From positions 16,802,001-16,866,000 of the forward strand of contig OZ004615.1 of NCBI GenBank assembly GCA_963924565.1: 64,000 nt of DNA, read 5' to 3'. The notes beneath the pieces were generated by a model. The model ran no database searches and had not been told where the DNA came from. It worked only from the letters and a program-made list of their open reading frames with translations. The position numbers and the translations under genes are program-made. The stretch comes from Ascidiella aspersa (lineage: Eukaryota). Positions 53,368 through 64,000 of the stretch are shown here, piece by piece (position 1 is the first letter of the stretch; every line of letters begins with the position of its first letter).

Positions 53368-56022
53368 TGTTTCTATTTTAATATTAATCTGGTGTGCGTG
53401 TTTTCACTGTTACCAATGTACACTTTGAAACGAACAAGTGGTTGCGTCGGAAATTCAATTTTACATTTGTTCTATACGTAAAGTCGAGATTCGCGTCGTG
53501 GAGGATTTTGTTGCATCATGCTGTTAGCGGTCTTGGTGGGAAACCAGTTCATTTTTTCATCCACATGCTCACCTTTATCCGGAAATTCAGCAAACGGTTT
53601 TCTGCGCTCCAATTGTTGGCAAGAAGCGCAGCAATCGAATCCGAAGCCAACAAAATGAGTTTGACAAGCGGCTTGCACGTTGCCAATCTTGCCTGATCAA
53701 CGGCTCGATGCTCTTGCAAAAGGCAAGCCGCATGTGTTACATATAGCGCCTGATTTAAGTCAATGCGCGCAATAGGCGGTCTCAAATCCCCGCGGGCCTG
53801 GCCCAGCGCCGTGTGGTCTCCGGCCGGTCGCTCTTGTTTTGTCCCGCCAAATGGCGTTGTCTGTGTATTCGAATCAGCCGTGAACATCACAATTCCCCGG
53901 ACGGATTCCGATTTTGGCCGGGTACGTTGTTGTGCCGCGAGTGATGCGCGTTGACGGTGGATGCGGGTTTGCCTATTTGGCGGAAATTTTGCCAGGCTTG
54001 CGAATCGCGCGCACGATGAAGGTCAAGCCGGGCCAGGAAAGTGTGGATATACGCAGTTGCACGCGCCTGTCCATATGCCGAGGATAAACGGACGGAAACT
54101 GGGAATGCCGGATTTAGCCGATCGAAGCCTAAAACCAATACCAATTTATGGGATCGGTAATTGTCCGAATCTAGAGTGCTATCTCTACTTTTCAAACATA
54201 CTGTTTTCTGCACTCTTTTTTGTGCAATCTGTTCAGTATGCCTTAACTAGCAGGTATACAAACATCAACCTTTAAACATTTTGACAAAATTACAAAACCA
54301 AAGAAGGTTTAAATAAAAGAGTTTGTTATATACTAGCACTATATTAAACGACTTTGTCTTGCAACGTTAACCTCAAATAAACGATACGTTCATTACAGTT
54401 GAAAGAATAATTAGGACAGTGGTACACCTGTAGACCTACCCCACCGTGTATATTAGTGGAAAACATTCATGTTACGTCGACCTTACTTGGCTTAAGAACT
54501 ATGCACCACAATATTTCTCCCTACTCCAGAAATTTATGATCTTTATTGAAGTGTTTGGATTCCAGGTAACCAGATCCGACCTATCTCGCTTTAGCATCTG
54601 TTCAGCAGCTGTTCGATAATTACTTCGTGTTTTTTTTGCATAATTTACATTACTTTTAGCCGGCGAGCGGATTCATCAGCAGGTTCCATTTCGTTGATTC
54701 TCAGGAGGGGGGTCGTATTATTAGACTGCGCTGCATTTTCTCAATACCGTCTTTTTAAAGGCATTAATACTCTGTTTGTCGAAAAATTATAGGATGGCTT
54801 TGTAATTTGGATCAATTTGTCATGTGAGGGTTGTTTGTTTAAAAAAATGTATGAAAAAATCGAAATGAAATGGTCCTAATAATAAAGCCCAATAAGTATA
54901 AACGATACATCAGTGCATGTGCTTGGAGGATATCTAGCATTGTCGAATTTGTGACAAAAAACCTTCTGCTGAAAAAAGTTGTCGGGTAAAAATGTCACGT
55001 TGGTTACTTGCTGCTAAACAAGTGCTGAGCCAACAATCGTCGAATGAAATTCGCGTCAACGTCAATGAACGCTATCAAGAAACATGCGAAATCACAAAAC
55101 GTCAAACATCGATGCGGTCTTACTAGTCGGACGGGCATAATGTAAACAGTAGTAGCGTCGTAAAGTATGATTAATGGGCCTCGTTAAAAAGGCAGGGGTA
55201 GAGTTTATCCGTTTAGAAGTGGGGGTTTTATTGCTTTGTGAATACTTTTTAAAAGCATAAATTATTTTTTTTTAAATAGTTTTTTGAAGAAAGTTAGATG
55301 AAAATTCTAAATTAACTGCAAATGGCTTGTATAAAATTATTATCTTTTAAAAATAATTTATTTTTTGCGTAAAATCAAAATTAGAACGGCGTTTGGTTTT
55401 AATGCAACTAAGTAAAAATATAAATTCCATAATTTTCAAGCTTTATATTGCCTCATACAAGCATGATCGCAGCTACAAATTGAAAGAGCTTAATATCATC
55501 CAAGATAAACAAGCATTTTGCCTAAACTTCAAATCTGAATCGCTCAAAAACGATAAAAGGAGTTGCCTGGAGGCTATTTTTACGTGATGACCTCTTGCCA
55601 GAAAATCGCGAAATAAACGTCATTTTGCCTCGACCTAATGGCTTTTCTTGCCGTTGGTCGTAAGTTTGTTATTTACATCGTTATAGATGGTGTTGTTTGC
55701 CAACCGCCAATGACAAACAAGGGTAACATTATATATATATTATAAGATGTGGTTTACTTACAGTTACACTGAATAAGGAAAGATTACGTAAGTCCATTAA
55801 AAAGCTTGCCACATTTTATGATCTGAATTGTTTGCATATATTGACTCCAAAGTAGCCTATTTATCGACTATGCAACAGATAAATAGGAACTGTTTGAAAG
55901 CTAAAATTTAAAGGTCAGAATTAAAAGCATTAAATTAACAATAACATACAAATATCAACTACCTATTATTATCAGTTTGCGTATATGTAAGTATTGACAA
56001 CATTCCCCTTAAAGCCTCAGTC

Positions 56023-57037
56023 CAGGGTTGGACAAATATTGTTTTTACAGCGGACTGCATAAAAAGAGAAAATTGTGTTGCGAGCCAGGTCAAATAACGA
56101 TCTCCACTCAAAATATGACGTTACATTGTAAGTCTATGCAACAAGTTGGACAAAAAAAAACTGTTGTAACGTTTGGAGTTGTGGTTACAATCGAATTTTA
56201 AAGAAAAGGTGCCAGCAAGGCGTCGCAATCGGTTTAAAATTAGATTTAGAGGGAGACATGACACATTAAGCAGAGATGAAAGCAAAACACTTGAAAATGG
56301 CACTAACTTACTTTGCTTGAACAATGTGAATCAGGGTGTTATAAAAGATTTAAAAAGAACATTTATAGTACATTTTGTTCGTATTTTAAAGGCGGAAAAC
56401 ATTCGACCGAAGCGCAAAAATGTATCTATGGATTAAGTTAACAAAACTTTTATTTAAAAGAGTGTCACAGTACAGAGGGCGCATTTTTCCTGTAAAGATG
56501 CCTGAAAATGCGTACGATATACCACATAGACACAAGGTATTCGCGATTTCGCAAAAAAAGTTACAAAAAAGTATTACAGAAGTAAAGTTTGGGGCGGCAT
56601 GCCTGTATCAGTTGAGTTTTAATTACATGCCTTCTTGACTTCTTCATGTTTTTTTTTTTTGAAAACAATGTAAGATTTTCAATAGAAAAAGAGTGGCCCA
56701 AATAACTGATAAAATATTCATACTTTTATTTTGCAAACGTTTCGGCAAGTGCTTATGCCATCATCAGTCTTTCATCAGTTATTTGGGCCACTCTTTTTCT
56801 ATTGAAGATTATGAACAGATCCGTGTTTAGTGTTCCAATGTAAGATTGTGTCTTGAAAAAACAGTGTAGGATAGAGTAACATTTTCTTGAAAAACAGTAG
56901 GATATAGTCGCAGATGCATTCTCAAATTAACGCAGAAAATACCTAGAAAAAAAGTTTCAAGAAAATTAAACAGCGGGCCAGATTAAATGGCTTAGCGGGT
57001 CGGATCCGGCCCGTGGTCCGTATTTTGTCCAGGTCTG
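56023..57037. mobile_element. Degenerate hAT (Charlie-type) non-autonomous element
   Basis: Termini CAGGGTTGGACAAA / TTTGTCCAGGTCTG; GCGGGCC/GGCCCG subterminal motifs; TSD degenerate. Confidence 0.6.
56678..56835. mobile_element. Penelope-like retroelement terminal fragment (inverted pseudo-LTR pieces) with hammerhead ribozyme core
   Basis: Perfect 33-bp inverted repeat 56678-56710/56774-56806; flanking 12-bp direct repeat CAATGTAAGATT; minus strand CTGATGA-TGGCA..TTGCC-GAAAC-GTT followed by AATAAA. Confidence 0.75.
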
Positions 57038-60000
57038 GCCTAATCCGTCCACAATGTACACAATGTACAACGCCGATGTTTTTTCCCCATTTTAGACTTA
57101 TTTAGCTACAACATAAAATGCAGGTTTCGAAACTTACCTCCAACGAACTACCTGGCATTTGAAAAACGCCTGTCAAACTGTAGCGAAAGCTCTCTGTTGT
57201 GGTAAATTGCCTGTCAGAAAAAAAGTCATACCCAACTATTATCAAGTGCCTTTTGTTACACGACTTACTTCTACTCTGATGCCTTTTATATTGCCGACAA
57301 TTGTCTTCAGAGAAATGGTGGCGAAATTGTGTATTATGAAATGCGCTTATAGGCGGATTAATGCGCCGCCGTGTTCTCGCTATTTAGTGGCAGTACCGCA
57401 CTGGCAATACGAGCAACTGTATATGCGAAAACGGATTTTACCGTAATCCCAAGTAAATTTAGTTTGTGTTTTTTTAATTCCAGCGAAACCATGTTTGCGA
57501 TTATTCTATAGTGAAGAGTAAAACATATATGACGTGCTGATATATTTGTGAAACTTGTTCCGGTTACCTCTTTAAAATGTTGTGAGTTAAACATTTTGTT
57601 TGGAGCTAAGAAACCCACACAGTCACATTTTATTTTTAATGTAGCTAATGCTGAAAGTTGTTCTATCGTAAAAACAGTTACAACCTTTTCGATCTGTTCA
57701 TGCCTAACAACCGCATATCTTAAGGAATGCTGCTCCCGAGAGGCGACAAACATCGATAATCTGTTTACTTTCCCAACGCACAGATATGTCTTTACGTGAA
57801 GTAAGAGTTCCCCAATGTTGCACACCGTTGCGAATAAGAAAAACATACAGACTTTTATGACAAACAATGTATAGTGTTCAATAATATGACGAATGATACC
57901 ACGAATTTAATTGTTTACTATCGGTTTTCAACAACACTAATTGAGTTCGTTTGCAAAAAAAATACTCGGGAAGTATTTGAATTCAGCTGGTTCGCACCAA
58001 ATATCGTGAGAAACGAGCATTTTCTTCATCTCAAAGTTCCGCTAAATCGTTGTTATCGTTGTAATTTCACCTAAGTGTTTATATCTGGAAAGCTCTGAGT
58101 TATGTGTGTATCTTCAAAATTCGTCGAATCTGTTGATACATATGCTGACTTATCGCTCTTATCGTCGTTGAACACATGTAGCTTTGAACCCGCATTACAC
58201 AGTTAACATCAGTGTCAACAGCAGTTTGCCAACAGCAGTTTGCCAACAGACACGCCCCTGGTGGCATGCCGACATCATGCTCTGCACTTCCGCTATATCA
58301 AATGTGTTTGACATGCCACCTTCCAAATGCACATGATGCAATGAGGAGGGAGACATTAACACCGTGTGACAAAATGAAAAAATCTTGTATTCCTAATCTA
58401 GTGCTGCGAGCAAAAAATGTAACTGAGGTTGAAACGGAATTTGTTTTTTTGTAGTTATATTGCGAAATAAATACTAGCAGCCACAGTACGCTGATGCTTT
58501 TGCGCTGGTGCATCACAATGTACAGGATAATATTTGATCAAATGCACGACCTATTTCTGTATGTCATGATTTACCGTGGCCTTTTCACGCAGCGATTTCT
58601 CACAAATAAATCTACTCTAATGACTCCACGAAAAAAACGTTAACAAGGTACTTGACCAGCTGTGTCTAGTCACATACTCAGCTTGGTTGATTGCAGATGA
58701 AAACAGCATATTGTTTGATCGCAACAAGAAGAAAAATTTGTATATAACGACTCTCTAATTACCAAAACACTACATATTAACAGAAACAACGTGTCGAAAA
58801 ACGACTTTATAATATATGAGTCCCCAAAACCCCACACAGCACGACAGATACAAATGCCCTGGCATTACGTCATCCAACACATAAGTGAGCTTGTTCGATG
58901 TGTAGCGATGATATTAATGATTTTTTCATCGCCTGTGCGCCGAGCTGATACTCAAATCTTCGCTAATCTCTCGTGTTTCCGAAAACACGCGCGCTGTGTT
59001 TAATGACGTCATAGGCATTTGACAAAATCAGCTGCGGACAAACAGCGTGATCCACAAGCGTTGAAATCAAATCAACGATTTGTAGTTCTTATAGCGGCTT
59101 TAGTTAATCAGCTTAATGTTTGTTTTTTTGTTTTGACGCAACGCTAATTTTTATTGTTCTCATATACAAAATCGTCATGTCTTTAGCTATAGGTAAATAG
59201 CGGTGTAATGATTTTTCAAATGTTTTTTACTAGCTTTTTAAACTTACGGCAAATAACATCAGTCCATCAGCCGCTGAAAACCGACAAAAAACATACCACC
59301 CCGGTGTTCTCGAAAACGTCAAAAATTGAGCCACTATATGCGTTCGCTGGTTCTCGCAGTGGTTACCCGCGGGTTTATAGAGTAAAGTCGCTCGCTCGTG
59401 GGGCTGAGGTCAGGTTTAATCGGTTCAGGATATAAATGCAACCGCTGTTCTACCGTGTCAATCTTCATGTCGGTGCGATAAGCAAGCCACAGCTGATAAT
59501 TCCGACAGAGGTTCCCACGAGTCGAACATTCGCGCGAAGTGATTAGGATTGGGAAATTGACGGCTTTTCAGGGTACTATTCCATGGATCAACCCAACTCC
59601 CGATTTTTTTTTGTATTGCGCTGCAACAACAAAATAGAAAGAAGGACGACAGCCCAACTTCCGAATCGCACAGACTTTTTACCACTACTGAAACATCTCT
59701 TCGCCATTTACTTGGTACAAGAAATGATTTAGAATTAGCAAAAGCTTTTTAACATATTTTCATACTCTCGTATTAATCTATCCAAACAAGGCATTTGTCT
59801 GTCTATCATTCATTTAAGTTGTTAGGCATATTTTTAAAGCGGGGGGATTTTTTGAAAACACGCCCCCGTTTTAATAATATGCTCGGTAGCCACAAACCAC
59901 ATAAGCTTTTACTATTGCTATCAATGTAAAATAATCTGCGTTATTCAGGTCGTGATTTAGATAAATATAACCGCCGTTTGATTTGGTTGAATCGTCGATT

Positions 60001-63000
60001 AATAGTTTTATAATAGTTAGATTTATCAAGATTGGTTCTGTACAAAATTTCTCTAAAACGTGAAAACATGCAGAATCCATGTAAAGAGATGCCTATAATT
60101 GAATTCCGGCTTATTTATGATATTGTCTTGAGTTTTGTTCGCTTCCAAAATGTTCGGTATGAGACAATCGTTTTTTAAAGCTTCGATGTCAGACTTACGT
60201 TTGGTAATTGGATTGCCGCGAAAAAGGTTTGAAGAAACACCAAGCTAAGCGTGAGGTTTGGCATATAATTGGGTAATTAAAAATTTCTAGCATTCGTTTT
60301 TTATGTTATAATTTCGAAATGAATTAGGTGAGTTATGAATTGCCCGATACAATGATTCTTGTTACCGTTCTATAATATACCATTCCACCCAGTGCATTTA
60401 CTGTTACATTCGGGCCATTGTAACTTAACATAATATAGAAAATGACAAAACAAGATTAATACCACCGACAATAATAGATCAAGTGATTAAAAATAAAAGA
60501 ATATGAATTCGTCCCGACAAAAACTAGATTGCAAATAGATATTCGTGTTCATCCAATCTTAATATTATATAAATTTTTCGTCAAATTTAAGAACCCCTGT
60601 TTCAAAGCCATGTCTTACAACTATATCCAAAAAGCAGGACTGATGTAAATACGTGTACGGATATAAAGTGCGTTGTTTGGGCAAAGGGCAAATCTGAAAT
60701 CAATTTAGACCGGCATTAGATTTTTCCTTTAGATAACTCCACTTTTGTACAGCTTGTTACAAATTTAGTGCAGCTGTAGCCTTCTTACAGATCCAGTTTT
60801 AAGATAGCGAGTTTCTCGCCTTTTTTGTCACATCTTTCGGCCGGCCTGTGCGCTTGTTTCCTTTCCAAATCAGCTTAAAGACCTCGGTCGCATCTCACCC
60901 GACCGGAGCACAATAGAAAAGCCTGCTGTTTATTTTGTAAGCAAATCCCTCGTTTACCCTTTGCAAGTGAACCACCTCGAAATGTTTGCTTTGTGGCGAT
61001 TTTTTTCACTGACACTGCACGCTCGAAAAGACCAAGGGAGGTCGTAGAGGCCCAACGGATTTATTTCAAAAATAAAAATATTACGTTTGTTCGTTTACTT
61101 TACTATAGAACACCTTTGAAAGTATGATGCACGGTTTAGTTCAAATTCTTAGATATGAATCTACATAAAATAACGCAATTGAACTTTAAAATGTGACAAC
61201 CTGCAAAATAGACGTTTTACTCAGTATGACTTCACTTTAGTTTTCAATAAATGCTTGACCTTATTGTTTACACACGTGTAAATAGCTTATCCGGTATTGT
61301 TGGTAATCAGAAAGCTGTTTTACAGGTTTTCGATAACATGTTAAAGAATGCGTGTGGTAGTTTTGAAACCCGTCAAAGCACAGCAGATGATAACATTGGT
61401 CACAACACAGTCAAAAAACTGTCGGACATTTGCATAAAAATCTATTTTTTTGTATTTTTGACCTTCGGCATTTTATTTCTATCGTCTTACGGACGGTTAT
61501 TGTAAAGGATTTTATTGCTCACTTATTCTATTTTATGTCAGTTTCGACAAGCCTAAATCTCAGCTGTGGTCAAGTGTTAAGTGCTAAATAACAGAATAAC
61601 AGCATGGTATGTTTTCGTTCAATTAAATAAAAACACTAAATGTTTTTTAATAATTTTTCTAAGCAACTCCAGAACTTCGTGAGTAATTGAGAAAACCGAT
61701 TAACGTTTAGACGGCCCTTTGTTAGAAATGACAAACATATCTCCGAAAACGTTGCACCGGTAATACCCCAAGACATATACTATCCCGGGGTGCTTATCTG
61801 CCAGTGTTCAAATGTGATCCACTCAGTCCAAAACTTTTATTTTGATTTTTTGAGGGGCTTATATTCCTTGCAACTGTGCGTTTAAAATGCTATATTTTTA
61901 ACTGTTTTTTATGTCTGGAAATGAACTACCACATACCCTCATTCGCTACATTTTATTAATCTGTGATACTGATTGAAATCTACAATAATGACACTTTTCC
62001 CCACGGGATATGACTCTTTTTTAATAAACAAATTACCCCACTGTTTAGTCTGTTTGAGTGAGTGAGTGAGTGTTTGGGATATGAGTGTTTAACTTGAATT
62101 TTCCATCATAATGACGTCATACTTCATACATAACGCAGACAATGGCGCGTCATTTCGATTTAGCGAAATCTGGCGCCCTAATCCAAGTTGGGGCGACGCC
62201 ACGAAAACTTAAGCTTAACTTCCGAAGGACGGGCATTGATAGATGTTGTGGGATTTCGAGGTTAGGCCCGCCGAAAATGCGTGCTTTTGTGCATTGGCGA
62301 TTGATTTTCTTCTGTGTGTTGAAGTCGGTGAATTATGGCCTTTCGACACGCTTTGAAAGCCTTTTGTGCGTTCGCTTTCCGTTAAGCTCAAGGCAATTCA
62401 ATACAGTTTTGTTGAAGTGGCTTTCCAAACTTCCTGTTTGTGTATTGAGGTTGTTCGCAAGTTGTTTTTTTTACCAAAGCAGAACAAAAACAATATGTCC
62501 AAAACTTTTTTTCGGGGCACATAATAAACATCCTGAACTTAAACCAAATAAACTGCCTAATTTGATGCGATACACGTTGTTTCATATGTTAATGCTTTTT
62601 AGCATTAGATTGGGTTGTAAATTAGGTGGGAAAATAACTCCGGTTCACCCCATTGAAAAAATAGGTTAGTTCACTTGCTCCGTCAGTTGCTTTCTATAAG
62701 AAGAAAACACCACCCCTGTCACTGAAAAATGGATGTTATCTATTTTGGCGATTTCAACGAAGAAAAATAAACTTGGGGTAAACGTTTTCGCCATTTCGTA
62801 CATAAAAGTGCACTTACACAGGATGTAAAATGTTTGTCAAATAGTGATACGTCTAATGGCCACAACTTTTATTTCGAAATTTCCCATAACCAGATTGAAT
62901 AAAAAGGATGTATTACCAACAAATACAAAAATAACACGGTTAGAAAACAATGCAAAAACCTCTACTTATTCGTAATTGGTTTGCTGTCAACTAGATAGCT

Positions 63001-64000
63001 CTCTCTTCAAATTTTTGGACAATAGTTAAAAGTCCAATGCAGGTATAACTACCGCTTGGGAAATTTGAAATAAGCACCAATCTAGTGTTTTAAATTCATT
63101 AATCCATCGACAGCTAGCGAATTTTGTTAACTTAACAGATGTATTTATGTGTAAAGCGCACCAACAAAAAAATGCTTTTAATAAACCACAAATTGGTATA
63201 GTTTTCTGTTAGAAAATTGTTTGATCAACCGGTCTTATCGATTTTTATAGAGCATTTTTGTTCTGTTTTCTCCCATACAACCTTCGCGAGTCAAAAGATG
63301 TGTCAAGCTTTCGGATAATACACAGTATAATTTATGTTGTTTTCCTTTTCGGCGGTTTTCTATCAAAACAGTACCTCGCCAAAACAGCTGGCGCCGGTAG
63401 ACTTCTTAACTAAGCTTGAGGAAATTTGCGCGTAAGTTACAAGTCAATCACCTGACAGGGAGTCGCTTTGGATTTTGCCGAATTCGGTTCAGTTTTTCCC
63501 GGAAAAGATTCAAGCTACTTGTTGTGGTGTGGCGGTTCAAGCTGCTCAGCAGACACTTCGTCTGGTTTAAATGCTTTAAACTTTATCCCATGTACACTCA
63601 GCAGTGTTTTTATCGTTTAGTTTAGTTAACTTAATACCATCGCGCCATGGGCGTAACTCTATAGCTATTCGACTAATCGTCATGTTTCCCCAAGCTATTC
63701 GAAATAAAATTACACCCCGGGCTTGAGATAATTTCTCGCAACAAAACAAACAGCAAATTGTGTACACCTTGTGTATAAGAAAACTCTGCCGAAAAATACA
63801 TTTATTTCCTTAAAACTGAATAGTCTCATAAATGTCACACAATACTACCGATTGTCAGATTTCGCCTCCTCTCTGTTTGATAGCGGCCAAGTCGTTGAAA
63901 TGATTCGTATGTTGTCACCTATAGCGTTAGATTAAAAACCATCTTGGGAGTTTACTTTGGTGTTGCTATACTGTCGGCGGTTGTTTGTTACGAGACAATA

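Noticed and set aside
57358-57867. 169-aa minus-strand ORF
   Set aside because: No motif; composition typical of AT-rich non-coding DNA.
62142-62669. 175-aa ORF
   Set aside because: No recognisable domain or codon bias and no convincing splice context; likely a chance ORF.

Overview
AT-rich animal genomic DNA with GT-AG introns. It is probably a tunicate or other invertebrate; this is inferred from gene content, a compact gene pair and mosaic CpG depletion, and the species cannot be fixed from sequence alone. Six protein-coding loci were reconstructed by hand: (1) a 12-exon ALK4/5/7-type TGF-beta/activin type I receptor (+, 3947-21553, 504 aa); (2,3) a tightly linked minus-strand pair CDC26 then LSM10 that looks like a trans-spliced operon; (4) a 7-exon single-pass TSP1-repeat receptor with a motif-rich cytoplasmic tail (+, 27036-34880); (5) a 7-exon alpha-tubulin with Arg at position 40 (+, 36831-39960); (6) a secreted, Cys-free, basic Tyr/Pro/Thr-rich ORF (+, 43523-44668) that may be the first exon of a longer gene. 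Introns and intergenic DNA carry many non-autonomous DNA transposons (hAT with 8-bp TSDs, some nested; Merlin-like and palindromic MITEs) and a Penelope-like insertion with a hammerhead ribozyme core. The most striking unexplained feature is a ~115-nt element in intron 2 of the receptor with the full architecture of a spliced-leader (SL) RNA gene. No coding exon was recognised in 44.7-64 kb.
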